The notes under the pieces: generated by a model
Seen by the model: only the letters and a program-made list of their open reading frames with translations
Told to the model about the DNA's origin: nothing
The model's database searches: none
Program-made: the position numbers and the translations under genes
In this document: positions 17,998 through 28,562 of the stretch, one piece after another
How the letters are laid out: the number at the start of each line of letters is the position of its first letter
How positions within the stretch are numbered: the first letter of the stretch is position 1
Virus record (IMG/VR): IMGVR_UViG_3300032301_000861
Location: 3,744-67,743 of that record
Strand: one strand, 5' to 3'
Length of the DNA: 64,000 nucleotides
DNA from: a virus
Lineage: Duplodnaviria > Caudoviricetes

Positions 17998-20853
17998 TCA
18001 GACACCCTCTAGATAAGTTCCATTCATTGTTGGCGCCGATGAATAAGTTACTACCAGCGTTTCATTTGGCCTCAACGAATAAAACCCTTGTGTTTTACCA
18101 GTTACCGTAGTATTTGCGCCTCGACCCCTGGCCACCGACGATACGGTACCACCTACAACATACACTAGAATTCGATTAGTTGTTGTATTAGTATACGAAT
18201 AAGGCGAAGCACCAACGGTTATGGTTGGTATGCCTGATCCTGTCGGGGCGTTGAATCCGGCAATATCGCCAACTGAAGAATCACATTCAAGATACAACTC
18301 TTCAAGTTTCCCGGGTTGGTTCATGAAAACAGACTCGGATATAAAATATTGAGTACCTGAAACGCTTACCGTAGCCTGTTCAGCAATATACAAACTACCT
18401 TTGAATCTGTACACATTAGTTGCCGCTGTTGCTAGTTCAAGTATTCTACATGAACCAGTTTTATTACCCTTGTTCATTCTATAAGATTTAAGATTGAACT
18501 CGAAAATTCCAGTATTTGATGAGTCAACATAGACGCCGGTGCCGCCGCTATCTTGCAATACTCCATCCAGATAAAAATTGTGTGTATTTCTAATTTCCAG
18601 TAATGCCCGAGTAGCGGTGCCTGTGCTCGATTCACGCCCGTTTGGATCGGAACTGTCCTGTAATTTAGTGTTTGTAATTCTTAAATTTTCAACTCCGCCT
18701 GCAGTGCCACCATCGATGTATACCAATACTCCTGGTGAATTTTTAAATGTAACATTATCGAGTATAACATCTTTTGTAGGAAACCCGCTTCTTGCACCGA
18801 TATAACATCCGGTTAAAGTCGTCGGTGAACTGCCCGGTAGTGTGAACGTCCTTCCTATATTTGTTGCAATAAAATTGGATACTCTAATATTATCATTACC
18901 GAGTGTGTCAAATGATCCTTCTGAATGTATATACAATCCAGTACAAGATGTGTAGTTATGATTCCTAACAGTGCCCCCTCCGGCAAGTGTACCCGCTGCT
19001 GTGGCAGTAATAACTTGATTTACGGAGGGTATTTGAGTTAGACCGCTAAAGTATGCCTGCCACTGACCTAGTGAGGTAGTTGATGTTGTTATCACAGTGT
19101 AATTTGTACCGCTAGAGATCGTAGAAGTCGTTACTTCTCTACTAGCACTCAGTGAATTTGAATATTGTGCTGGTATAAATCCATCAACCGAACAACCGAT
19201 GTTAACTACATCTTTTGCTCCGACATAAGCAAACGCCCGCGCCCACTTGCAACCTCTAACATGATTATTCTGATCTAGAATTTGCGATGGTTGCCCAGGA
19301 GAGCCGCCGGTGGCATATCCAACAACAGGAAAAGCATCATCGCCGCTGGCCTCTACTGTATTATTAATACGCTTGATGTTTCTAGATGTTCCTGTTATAT
19401 GCAATGCATCCTTATAACATTCTTGAACAAGATTATTAACTATTTCTGAATCTGTTACATGACGATACATCAATACTGTGCCGTATTGATTTTTAAATAT
19501 GCAATTTTTTACTATTATATTATTACATGTAGTAAACTTTAGGCAACCTTGCGATTCGATCTGATTTTGATTTGTTTCAGTGGCCGCTGTATTGGGGCTA
19601 TTAAAGAAAATTGAATCAATTGTTACATTATTAATATTGCTATGTGTTATAGCACAGTTACCTTTCCCCCCGGTGCTAATATTTCTAAGTTCTGTTTGAC
19701 CATAAACACCAAGCAATGATACACCAGGATTTGCAATAGTGCCTGAATAGCAATATATTCCGGGAGGAATATATAAATTAACTCCAGCTGAGAATGCTTG
19801 TGTAAGAGCGGTCGATATGGCTGATGTTTGATCAGTTACGTTATTGGAATATACACCATAACTGTTTATATTGATATATCCAGGGCCTATTACGGTATTG
19901 TCAGTCCAAACAGTATCAAAGCTAGCAGTAGAGGCTTTAGCTAATACCTGACCCGTTGATCCCCCAGAAGCAATTCCCGGTCCCTGAGGTCCCTGAGGTC
20001 CGGTAACTCCTTGTGGTCCCTGTGGTCCAGTGACTCCTTGTGGTCCCTGTGGTCCCTGTGGTCCGGTGACTCCTTGTGGTCCCTGTGGTCCGGTGACTCC
20101 TTGTGGTCCCTGAGGTCCAACAGCATTGACTAATTGGCCATTAGTATAGATGTTGCCGGCATACAAAGAACCGCCTATGCCAACACCGCCTGCAACAACT
20201 AAAGCACCTGTTGTGGTAGAACTGGCGGCAGTGTTATTGGTTGTTTGAATGATATCATCTGTTTTGACTAAGGTTGTAGTAACGGTAGTATATTCAATAG
20301 TTAATTTTTGGGCAACAATTTCTCCGCCCACATATAAATTACCACCAATACCGGCACCGCCCGTTACTTGTAATGCACCAGTAGCAGTACTTGTTGCCGC
20401 ATTATTATTGGTAACTGCAATAGCAGCATATGTTACTGAGCTTGTTGTATATAAATCTTGGTCGGTTCGGCTAGGTCCCTGCGGTCCAGTAACTCCCTGT
20501 GGTCCCTGTGGTCCGGTAACTCCTTGTGGTCCCTGTGGTCCGGTAACTCCTTGTGGTCCCTGTGGTCCGGTAACTCCTTGTGGTCCTTGCGGTCCAGTAA
20601 CTCCCTGTGGTCCGGTAACTCCTTGTGGTCCCTGTGGTCCGGTAACTCCTTGTGGTCCTTGCGGTCCAGTAACTCCCTGTGGTCCCTGCGGGCCTCCGCC
20701 AACAGCGCTCAACGCACTCCATACTGTCGTACCGTCACCAACTCGCAGTTCATTGTTGGTAGTGTCATAGCCTGCTTCACCAAGGGCCAGTATTGGATCA
20801 TTGGCAGTCCAATTAGCCGCTGTATCTCTACGCAGTTTAATTCGTGTTGTCAT
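17998..20853 (-). CDS. Collagen-stalk fibre/tailspike with pectate-lyase-like beta-helix (putative depolymerase)
   Basis: Mtd-N-like N-terminus; (GPQ/GVT)n repeats; DQT.AI..AL......LYIPPG.Y beta-helix entry motif. Confidence 0.8.
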   Translation of the reverse strand: MTTRIKLRRDTAANWTANDPILALGEAGYDTTNNELRVGDGTTVWSALSAVGGGPQGPQGVTGPQGPQGVTGPQGPQGVTGPQGVTGPQGPQGVTGPQGPQGVTGPQGPQGVTGPQGPQGVTGPQGPSRTDQDLYTTSSVTYAAIAVTNNNAATSTATGALQVTGGAGIGGNLYVGGEIVAQKLTIEYTTVTTTLVKTDDIIQTTNNTAASSTTTGALVVAGGVGIGGSLYAGNIYTNGQLVNAVGPQGPQGVTGPQGPQGVTGPQGPQGPQGVTGPQGPQGVTGPQGPQGPGIASGGSTGQVLAKASTASFDTVWTDNTVIGPGYININSYGVYSNNVTDQTSAISTALTQAFSAGVNLYIPPGIYCYSGTIANPGVSLLGVYGQTELRNISTGGKGNCAITHSNINNVTIDSIFFNSPNTAATETNQNQIESQGCLKFTTCNNIIVKNCIFKNQYGTVLMYRHVTDSEIVNNLVQECYKDALHITGTSRNIKRINNTVEASGDDAFPVVGYATGGSPGQPSQILDQNNHVRGCKWARAFAYVGAKDVVNIGCSVDGFIPAQYSNSLSASREVTTSTISSGTNYTVITTSTTSLGQWQAYFSGLTQIPSVNQVITATAAGTLAGGGTVRNHNYTSCTGLYIHSEGSFDTLGNDNIRVSNFIATNIGRTFTLPGSSPTTLTGCYIGARSGFPTKDVILDNVTFKNSPGVLVYIDGGTAGGVENLRITNTKLQDSSDPNGRESSTGTATRALLEIRNTHNFYLDGVLQDSGGTGVYVDSSNTGIFEFNLKSYRMNKGNKTGSCRILELATAATNVYRFKGSLYIAEQATVSVSGTQYFISESVFMNQPGKLEELYLECDSSVGDIAGFNAPTGSGIPTITVGASPYSYTNTTTNRILVYVVGGTVSSVARGRGANTTVTGKTQGFYSLRPNETLVVTYSSAPTMNGTYLEGV
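19979..20693 (-). repeat. Collagen-coding 27-bp repeats (GPQGPQGVT) in two blocks (~19979-20119, ~20477-20693)
   Basis: ggtccctgtggtccggtaactccttgt units visible in DNA. Confidence 0.9.
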
Positions 20854-20866
20854 TTATATGCTCCAA

Positions 20867-21073
20867 TTATGATGTTCCACCATCCAAGGTGAGGTCTGTT
20901 GCTGTGGTGTAGCTCCAGGCCGAATCGCCACCTTCTACATAATATTTTGCTTGATTATTAGTAATTGCTTCGCTCGATGACCAACGATCACCGGTCCATG
21001 TATAAGTTACTGCGTTAGTAGCCACATAACTTTTCCCTATTGTAGCGGTTGTTGGAAATATTACTGCTGTCAT
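20867..21073 (-). CDS. Small fibre-associated protein
   Basis: FPT...G..Y....VTYTWTG.RW motif, ends DGGTS; TAAATA-5nt-ATG. Confidence 0.7.
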   Translation of the reverse strand: MTAVIFPTTATIGKSYVATNAVTYTWTGDRWSSSEAITNNQAKYYVEGGDSAWSYTTATDLTLDGGTS

Positions 21074-21089
21074 GTGTATATTTATTCTA

Positions 21090-21815
21090 TTATAGTCCGA
21101 ATCTTGCCCGTAGAGAATTGTAGTTCTGTAGTTGTTCTGCTTCAGTCAGTACTCTGTTATACATTAATACTAAGGCAATCTTACCCTGCATGTGGCGATT
21201 TTCATAGCCACTGGTACCGATATATAACTGATTAGGTCCAGAGTAAACGCCGTTGGTTGTTGCACCGCCCATGATGTTCCACCCTGATACTGCTTGATCG
21301 CTTACTGCTCCATTTATATAGAATGTTGTTGCGCCGCCGGATCCAGCAGCCCAATCGTCGTCGTTACCAGGATTAGGTGCTTGCCAGTTGGCGCCATAAA
21401 ATCTCATACTCTTGTCACCAGGAACGCCAAATAGGCCTGTCATTCCACTCACAGTGAAATCTGGTTGGAACACCATGGTAAAGTCCTGATACACATTGAG
21501 CGAGGCGGTGTGGATACTGCCACCAAACGCATTGCTTCCACTGCCGCTGCCGCCTACATTGGTGGACCAGTTGAAATAACTGGTCTGTCCATTAGCAACA
21601 TAGGATATAGCACTGTAATCGTTGACCACAGTTCCATTATTTGTAGCAGTCGACAAGTCAGTTATGCTTGTGCCAGATCCTGGGTAACTGGCAGGATTGC
21701 TAAAATCGTAGTGTAGTACCAATCCATTGCTGACAACGGAAGTGGGAATGTAGGGATTAGCATCTAGAACTACGCCCGGGCCTATAGTGAATCCTGAATT
21801 TAATATTAGGCTCAT
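21090..21815 (-). CDS. LamG/ConA-like lectin-domain virion protein
   Basis: GLVLHYDFSNPASYPGSG and YNRVLTEAEQLQNYNSLRARFGL, paralogous to C-terminus of 4560..5699. Confidence 0.75.
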   Translation of the reverse strand: MSLILNSGFTIGPGVVLDANPYIPTSVVSNGLVLHYDFSNPASYPGSGTSITDLSTATNNGTVVNDYSAISYVANGQTSYFNWSTNVGGSGSGSNAFGGSIHTASLNVYQDFTMVFQPDFTVSGMTGLFGVPGDKSMRFYGANWQAPNPGNDDDWAAGSGGATTFYINGAVSDQAVSGWNIMGGATTNGVYSGPNQLYIGTSGYENRHMQGKIALVLMYNRVLTEAEQLQNYNSLRARFGL

Positions 21816-21818
21816 ATA

Positions 21819-24800
21819 TTACAGAGTTGTATAACCCCAGTAGATTGTTTGCGTTGATGTGTTATTGTTTGTAATACCAAAGCTAAACACATTAGAAGTA
21901 GTTCCGACGTAACTACTGGATGTGCTGATAACACCCGCTGTTCCTACAATTTGATTGGGTATAGCAGTTAGCACCAACGCATTTCCTGCGGCATAATACC
22001 ACGCATATTGGCTTCCTATTACCGGCACATTGGGATTTGAAACATTCACTGTGGCATTCCATTCAACAATGCCGTTCGGAATATTTCCATTGACCCACAT
22101 TTGGTAGTTGCCATTTAAGGGCACAGTGATACTGACTGTGTTAGAACCTGTGGCCAAAGTCCAACTACCCGATGTTCTGTTGTCTACATAGGCTGTTGTT
22201 TGTACTGTATTATCTGGGAATGTTAATGTTCCGGTGTTGCTAAAGGTCCAATGCTGTACACCTGCACCAATGCCCACTGAGCCTGCGCTGGTAATGTTGT
22301 CATATCTTGACGGGGGTGTCCCGCTGACATAGGTAACCACACTTGTTGGATCAGTTGAAAACACTGGTCCAGCACTTTCAAATGTTGTAACATTGAACAC
22401 AATGTCATTGGCAGGTGTTGTTCCACCCGGGAATGTTGTTCCCGGTATGGTTAAATTAACACTGTCTGGACCATACCCACCTGCTCCTACTGCTACACTC
22501 ATATTGACGAAAGTGTTGTCTGGTAGCACAGTAAATGTTAATTGTGTAGCGCCGTATGTTACAGGAATTGCTGTAAAGGTTGTTGGTACATAATTCCAGG
22601 CTACCGAAGGAACTGTTGTAGTACCGTCTGTGCCAAAAATCCATTTACTGTTGTCCATTGTAAGGTCTACAGTTCCGCGTATATCGGTAGTAACTAGTCC
22701 AGTAAAGTTGTTAGTAAAGGATTGTTGTGAAGCATTATTTTTCCACTGTAAGTCTAAAGTACCACTACCGGCAACATTGGCATACAATACCTTGTAGGAA
22801 ACTACCTGTCCCCGTGTTAGTACAACCACTACTGGAGTGTTTATTTCTGGAACTGGGCTGATATCGCCATCGATTACAATGAAATAATAATCGTCAGCAG
22901 ATACGTTAAACGTGTAAGTGCCGTCTTCCGGTGCTCTAAAGTATCCAGTGAGTTCCCAAGTTTGTTCAGGAATACCTGTCCAATAGATGGGAGTTACTGT
23001 GGCTGTAGCGACAGCAGTCCATCCGGCTATTGCCGTTGCTAATTCGCTGTATGTTGGATTAGGAAGAGCATATCCGCCCAAATACTCACTATAAATTTTT
23101 CTAGTCAGTCCCAATATGGTGCCAAGTTGAAGTCCTACATCGATAGTTCCGCTGTTTGGCAATATTATACCACCTGATCCACCAGTTCCACTTAATGTCA
23201 AAAAGCCGTTAGCAGGATTAATTCCGACTTTAGATGTGTTATTCCAAGTACCATCATAGAATACTAGATTAGCAACACCGCTTACATTATCACCGTTGGC
23301 TGGAACTAGTACGCCAGGGTAGGCTGTGGTCTGTGCTGTAGCATCTGGGAATGTTATTTGCCCACCTGATGCCAAAATCAATCTATCAGCATTGATGAAC
23401 TGAAAGTAATCAACAGAATTGGTTGAACCACCTGTTGCTGACAGGGCTACTAAGGTTGAACCAGGCTTGTCATATACACAGTTGAATATTGAGTAAAAAC
23501 CATTCAACACAACCGGAGCAACACTAGTCAATGCTGAGGTTAGTATTTGGCTGTTGGCCAAAGTAATAAATGTTCCGGAAGATGCAGTTACGGCATTGGT
23601 CACGGCAGCAATCACTACTGTCTGTACCAGGCTTAGACTTCCCGCAGTTAGTACTGGAGCAACAGTAGTTCCGTTTTTAATCAGCACAGTTGCGGCAGCG
23701 TTGTTGACTGTTACAAAGTTTGTGTTACCACCATAGATATCAACCAATCCACTACCAGTAATAGTTGCGGCAGCAAAATCAGTTAAACGAACCAGTGTGT
23801 AGTCACCAGAGCCACTCTTGGTAAGTGTGCCACTAATTTCGCAGTTGAGTATGTTTACATTTCCAGTACCAGTTGTCGCGGTGCTGGTTAGGTTTGTTAT
23901 TTTTAGTCCTGAAATAGTACAACCAGTGGTTGCGGTCAGAGTTCCAGAAATCACAATATTTCCACCAAGAAGTCCGGGCCCAGTCAACACTGTGTATTGA
24001 ACTGTTATTGTTGGGCTTTCAGTGTAAGTGCCCGGGTGAATAATTACAGTTCTTCTTTCGCCAGTTACCAAAGTCAATGCCTTGGTAATTGACGCAACTG
24101 GTTTCAGCAAGTCGCCATTGCCAGTGGTGTCGTTACCGTCAGTTTGACTAACGTGGATTTCATAGTCATATCCAGTAAAGATACCTGGGTAGGCAGTAGT
24201 CTGTACTGTTGAGTCAGGGAATGTTAAACCACCATCTGCGGCAAAGGTCCAATTTGCTGGATTAGTTCCTGTACTGGCTACAATAGTAACATCGGTACCT
24301 GTGCCACCACCTTTGATTGTTCCACCTTCGGGTAGTGTTAAATTACCGTCTGTGCCAAAGGTCCAGGTGCTGGTTGTTGTAGCAGTTGAATAAGTTCCGA
24401 CAACTATGTCACCACTATGATCAACTTTGACATACTGACTGTCGCTGCCTAAATATAAATCAGTCTCACCACCGCCTGCTGTCAAGTGTATGTGATTACC
24501 ATCCTGGATTGTGGGATAAATCAACAATGATTGGGTAGCACTAGATACGCCCGATGGTATAAGTCTAATAGCCCCAGTATCATCTGCTATCGTGCCACCG
24601 TTTGGTAATGTCAGTATACCGTTTGATCCTAAACTCACTACCGATGTGCTTGATGTTAGTTGCCATCCGCCGCTGCTGCTGCCGGTAACTTCACTACCAT
24701 TAACTAATAGTGTACCACTAGTATTAATCGTTAATGTAGAACTATTGATATACAATATGCTACCATCAATTTCAATATCGTCTAAGTATGTAGATGGACT

Positions 24801-27410
24801 TGGTATTTGTGTTGGGTTAGCATCTACCCATTGTTCACCGTAGGCAATATAGGTGCGTCCATCAATAGTATTATACCATTGTGATCCTTCTGTGGTTGCT
24901 GCAGGAGCGGTATCACTTACAATCACACTGCCCAGTACTAAATCGGTATTGCCTTGAACGGTCAGTGTACCTGATGTGCTAACTGTGATAATAGGATTAC
25001 CGTCAACTGTAACATAGTTATTTTCGTTAACACCCAGTGCCACTCCACCGATGTAGATTGTGCCTGTGCCAACATAGATACTACGCCATTGACTTGATGT
25101 AGATCCTAAATCATAGGTTAAATCTGCTGCGGGCATAAGATTGTGCGATACAATATCTCCAGCAACTCCAATACCACCGACAACGGTCAAAGCACCTGTG
25201 GTGGTGCTTGTGCTCTCTGTGCCCGCAGCATCGAATGTAGCCACGATGTTTTCTTCTAGTGTGCCGCCGATGTGTATCTTGACTGTGGTTCCGGAACTGT
25301 CAGTACCTATAGTTAAATTGTTGCCGGACACGTAGAGATATCCGTCTCTACCTCCGGATACAGTCCAATCTTCGTTGACGTAGTTACTACCATTAATACC
25401 AAGATCTATGTAATCAGTTTCATCATCACCGCTGTCTGCAGTGGCCACAAAGTCTGTACTAGCACTAGTACCTGTACTCTGATTTTGTGCCTGTATTTGA
25501 CTGTATCCATTAACATCAGAGACAAACACAGACAAGGGATTAACCACTGTCCAGGAAGGCAGATTACCAAAAAATCCTGTTCTAGCATACAGATTACGCC
25601 AGTGAGTAGCAGTAGATCCCAGATCATGTGTGTACTGGGTATCAGGAGTAACATCAGTATGAATTTGAGTAAGATCGAGTTCATTGCCTAGATTTCTGAT
25701 CAAAAACTGCCCGGTATCAATGCTATCATACTCGCAGGCATAGTATAGTGTATCTGGTGCATCTTCCGGAACGGTAAATGTCAGTGTGCCAACTTCAACA
25801 CCATTGTTAATAATCCCATCAGTGAGTACAGAATTTATGTCAAACGCACCCGGAGTAGATTGAATCCAAAATGGATGGCCAGGAACGTTTGCTTCAAAAT
25901 AATAAGTTAGTCCCCGAATTAATACTATATCAGGACTGCTCGGTGTTCCATCAAACACGTAATGTTCACCGGGTCCATCTTCAGTTACTACAAAAGTTCT
26001 ACCTTTTAGGCCGGATAGTACAGAAAGACCATTTCTCTGAATATCGCCCTCAAGGGGCAATGTTAATACACCAGTAGGATTAAATATCCATTCCTGCTCA
26101 TTTGACTTTACTGTTAATCTAGCCTCTACATCCTGGAATTCTAATTGTCCACCACCCTCAAAGGTACCAGTGAACGCATAAGACGCTTGATTTACCAGTG
26201 GCCAAGTATTCTCTAGAATAAACTGATAAAGAACCCTACTAGATGTGGTCTGTGTGTTTACGGCTAATACTTTTGATTTACCTACACCGTCACTGATGTA
26301 AATGGGGCCAACCATTGCGGCATGGTGCTGGCACTGATAATATAATGTATCCGGTGCGTTTAGGGGTACTGTGAAAGTGATAATGCCTTCACCGGTACCT
26401 TGATTTGTAACACCAAGACTATAAACGTCAGCAGGATTATAACCTGCTCCTGTGGTCTGTATATAAACAGGGTGTGGGGGAGCAAATACATCCAGGTAGT
26501 AGGTATTTCCCCTCTGCAGATATAGTGGTTTGTTAACTTCTCCATCCACAAGATATGCCAAAAATCCAGGCTGTTTGATTACGGTATACGTGGTATTATC
26601 CGGATCAGGTTGATCTATGCCCGAACCACTAGCATACCAGTTAACACGAACATTAACTATGTCAGGATAAACATCAAGGAATTGACTGATTATGTTAGAT
26701 CTACCAGTAGTACCTGTATTGGTAAATGTCTCAGAGTTGGATAACCCAAGGAAAGGGGTGTAACCTGTTCCGTCAACTGGAATAGATAACGCAGCATCTT
26801 CATATAGATCCACTGTGGTAGTGTTTACCACAGAAACATAGTGATACTTGTTGTTAAGTTCTACAGTGGTTCCGATACCCGTGAGTTTTACTAGATCAGA
26901 GTTACTTAGAGTATGCGGACCAATAGTATGTATCATGACTGGGGAATCCAGCATGATATCATCGATTAAAAAGATTGTGGCTGTGGTCGAAGAACTAATA
27001 TAGGACTGTAGCACTCCATTCGGAGGGAAGTTTAAACTTCCTTGAGCGTCTAATCGTACCCGAGCAGAACCGTTGATTAAAGAACTGGTGGACGCAAATC
27101 CACTCTGAAATGGTGTGCCGTTAATTGTGATATTTCCGCTACCGTTAATGGTTAACGCATTGCCATTAATAGTAACACCATCTGGACCCACATATAACCT
27201 GTCCCATTGCTTACTGGAACTGCCTAGGTTACGTGCTTGGTCATTATCTGGAACAAGACTACTGGAAATTGCCAACAGATCAAAATTTGTACCTGTGGCT
27301 ATCGTGGCCAATTCCGCAAAGTTAGCATTAACTTTACTAAATGCTGTGCGAATACTGTCGCCGTTGCCCGAATTAGGGCCAGTTCCTGTGTTAATGACTT
27401 GAATGGTCAT
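21819..27410 (-). CDS. Giant baseplate/fibre protein (1863 aa): T4 gp9/gp10-like N-terminus, two cupredoxin-like repeats, beta-helix, PA14 domain
   Basis: INTGTGPNSGNGDSIRTAFSKVNANF; FTVP..APDTLYYxC x2; GYFRAPEDGTYTF..SADD. Confidence 0.75.
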   Translation of the reverse strand: MTIQVINTGTGPNSGNGDSIRTAFSKVNANFAELATIATGTNFDLLAISSSLVPDNDQARNLGSSSKQWDRLYVGPDGVTINGNALTINGSGNITINGTPFQSGFASTSSLINGSARVRLDAQGSLNFPPNGVLQSYISSSTTATIFLIDDIMLDSPVMIHTIGPHTLSNSDLVKLTGIGTTVELNNKYHYVSVVNTTTVDLYEDAALSIPVDGTGYTPFLGLSNSETFTNTGTTGRSNIISQFLDVYPDIVNVRVNWYASGSGIDQPDPDNTTYTVIKQPGFLAYLVDGEVNKPLYLQRGNTYYLDVFAPPHPVYIQTTGAGYNPADVYSLGVTNQGTGEGIITFTVPLNAPDTLYYQCQHHAAMVGPIYISDGVGKSKVLAVNTQTTSSRVLYQFILENTWPLVNQASYAFTGTFEGGGQLEFQDVEARLTVKSNEQEWIFNPTGVLTLPLEGDIQRNGLSVLSGLKGRTFVVTEDGPGEHYVFDGTPSSPDIVLIRGLTYYFEANVPGHPFWIQSTPGAFDINSVLTDGIINNGVEVGTLTFTVPEDAPDTLYYACEYDSIDTGQFLIRNLGNELDLTQIHTDVTPDTQYTHDLGSTATHWRNLYARTGFFGNLPSWTVVNPLSVFVSDVNGYSQIQAQNQSTGTSASTDFVATADSGDDETDYIDLGINGSNYVNEDWTVSGGRDGYLYVSGNNLTIGTDSSGTTVKIHIGGTLEENIVATFDAAGTESTSTTTGALTVVGGIGVAGDIVSHNLMPAADLTYDLGSTSSQWRSIYVGTGTIYIGGVALGVNENNYVTVDGNPIITVSTSGTLTVQGNTDLVLGSVIVSDTAPAATTEGSQWYNTIDGRTYIAYGEQWVDANPTQIPSPSTYLDDIEIDGSILYINSSTLTINTSGTLLVNGSEVTGSSSGGWQLTSSTSVVSLGSNGILTLPNGGTIADDTGAIRLIPSGVSSATQSLLIYPTIQDGNHIHLTAGGGETDLYLGSDSQYVKVDHSGDIVVGTYSTATTTSTWTFGTDGNLTLPEGGTIKGGGTGTDVTIVASTGTNPANWTFAADGGLTFPDSTVQTTAYPGIFTGYDYEIHVSQTDGNDTTGNGDLLKPVASITKALTLVTGERRTVIIHPGTYTESPTITVQYTVLTGPGLLGGNIVISGTLTATTGCTISGLKITNLTSTATTGTGNVNILNCEISGTLTKSGSGDYTLVRLTDFAAATITGSGLVDIYGGNTNFVTVNNAAATVLIKNGTTVAPVLTAGSLSLVQTVVIAAVTNAVTASSGTFITLANSQILTSALTSVAPVVLNGFYSIFNCVYDKPGSTLVALSATGGSTNSVDYFQFINADRLILASGGQITFPDATAQTTAYPGVLVPANGDNVSGVANLVFYDGTWNNTSKVGINPANGFLTLSGTGGSGGIILPNSGTIDVGLQLGTILGLTRKIYSEYLGGYALPNPTYSELATAIAGWTAVATATVTPIYWTGIPEQTWELTGYFRAPEDGTYTFNVSADDYYFIVIDGDISPVPEINTPVVVVLTRGQVVSYKVLYANVAGSGTLDLQWKNNASQQSFTNNFTGLVTTDIRGTVDLTMDNSKWIFGTDGTTTVPSVAWNYVPTTFTAIPVTYGATQLTFTVLPDNTFVNMSVAVGAGGYGPDSVNLTIPGTTFPGGTTPANDIVFNVTTFESAGPVFSTDPTSVVTYVSGTPPSRYDNITSAGSVGIGAGVQHWTFSNTGTLTFPDNTVQTTAYVDNRTSGSWTLATGSNTVSITVPLNGNYQMWVNGNIPNGIVEWNATVNVSNPNVPVIGSQYAWYYAAGNALVLTAIPNQIVGTAGVISTSSSYVGTTSNVFSFGITNNNTSTQTIYWGYTTL

Positions 27411-27412
27411 GG

Positions 27413-27715
27413 TTAAATTCCTGCAAGTTTGCGTATTGCTTCTAATTCTACATTAGGTTCTGCTTCTGGTTGTTCTTTTGCTGCCAACTGATCGTATTGA
27501 TCCATGGTCAGGGTACCCTGATTTTTCATTTCAACTAATTTTGAAACAAGATCGTGTAATTCAGTGTCGGATTTTATATCTTCCCTGGCTAATTCTAGAA
27601 TTTTAGTTAATAAAGGGACATCCATAGTCACAGTGTCTACTGGATCTTGTGTTTCTTTAAGGTTTGGCTTGGCTGGGTTTACCAGGCTGGAATGTATAAT
27701 AGTAGAATAAGTCAT
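27413..27715 (-). CDS. Hypothetical late protein
   Basis: Start moved to MTYST (TAAATA-5nt-ATG); ends ELEAIRKLAGI. Confidence 0.65.
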   Translation of the reverse strand: MTYSTIIHSSLVNPAKPNLKETQDPVDTVTMDVPLLTKILELAREDIKSDTELHDLVSKLVEMKNQGTLTMDQYDQLAAKEQPEAEPNVELEAIRKLAGI

Positions 27716-27792
27716 ATGACTATTTAGTTGCTCTTTTATAGTTTTAATCTTATAATAGTCTGTACAACTATTCGAATAAATATTACTATAAT

Positions 27793-28302
27793 ATGGCCGC
27801 ACTAATGTTGAATGCTGACGGAGCACCTATTTCATATTTGCCTCTCTCCATCATTACTTGGGAAGAATCCATTAAGTACCTAGTTTTAGAAAAAGCCAGT
27901 GTACTTGAATTCTATGAAGATTGGATAGTTCGCAGTGCCAATTGGAGCACACACGTTCCAGCAGTAATGATCCTAAAAGACTACGAAAAAAGAAAAACCA
28001 CTGTGAGATTTTCCAAACAGAATGTTTTTTTGCGAGACGGGTACGTCTGCCAATATTGCGGAGTTCAACTGAATAAAAAGACCGCAACTCTAGATCACGT
28101 GCTACCAATTAGCCACGGTGGGAAATCTAACTTTGAAAACTGCACTACCAGTTGCGGACCTTGTAATGCCGTTAAAGGGAACAATCAGAAAATTGTTCCT
28201 GCAGTAAAACCCAACAAACCCAGTTATTTTACACTGGTTGAAAAGAGAAAGAAACTAAAATGGGAAATAGCCCATTCAAGTTGGGCAAACTATTTAGATT
28301 AG
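27793..28302 (+). CDS. HNH endonuclease
   Basis: RDGYVCQYCG, TLDHVLP.SHGG, CGPCNAVKG. Confidence 0.9.
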   Translation: MAALMLNADGAPISYLPLSIITWEESIKYLVLEKASVLEFYEDWIVRSANWSTHVPAVMILKDYEKRKTTVRFSKQNVFLRDGYVCQYCGVQLNKKTATLDHVLPISHGGKSNFENCTTSCGPCNAVKGNNQKIVPAVKPNKPSYFTLVEKRKKLKWEIAHSSWANYLD

Positions 28303-28303
28303 T

Positions 28304-28519
28304 CTATTTTTCTCTATACACAATGCGACCTTTAGATAGATCGTAGACTGAAAGTTCTATTGTTACTCGATCGCCTTCTAAAATTTGAATTTTATTCTGG
28401 CGCATCTTGCCGCTGATATGTCCTAAAATAGTGGATCCTGTTTCTAACTTAACTCTAAACATTGCGCCGGGTAAACATTTATCAACTACACCGGGCATTT
28501 CGATCACATCATTCTTCAT
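28304..28519 (-). CDS. infA: Translation initiation factor IF-1
   Basis: IEM.G.V...[18 protein letters not shown]...[21 protein letters not shown]. Confidence 0.95.
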   Translation of the reverse strand: MKNDVIEMPGVVDKCLPGAMFRVKLETGSTILGHISGKMRQNKIQILEGDRVTIELSVYDLSKGRIVYREK

Positions 28520-28562
28520 CTAACTTTTTATGTCCTCTTTATTAAAATAATACTTAGTAAAA

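Noticed and set aside
4560-20853. Eukaryotic or giant-virus origin suggested by collagen and ubiquitin-like sequence
   Set aside because: sigma70 promoters, Shine-Dalgarno sites, ATGA overlaps, bacterial IF-1 and T4-like late boxes indicate a bacteriophage
1209-27402. Numerous plus-strand and alternate-frame ORFs over fibre, Gly-rich and collagen genes (e.g. 7220..7594, 20249..20770, 20458..20892)
   Set aside because: Shadows of low-complexity GGN/ACN codon repeats; no RBS or promoter and fully overlapped by better ORFs
1070-27410. Diversity-generating retroelement or invertase-driven fibre switching
   Set aside because: No reverse transcriptase, no adenine-specific TR/VR pair and no recombinase seen; repeats are ordinary tandem coding repeats
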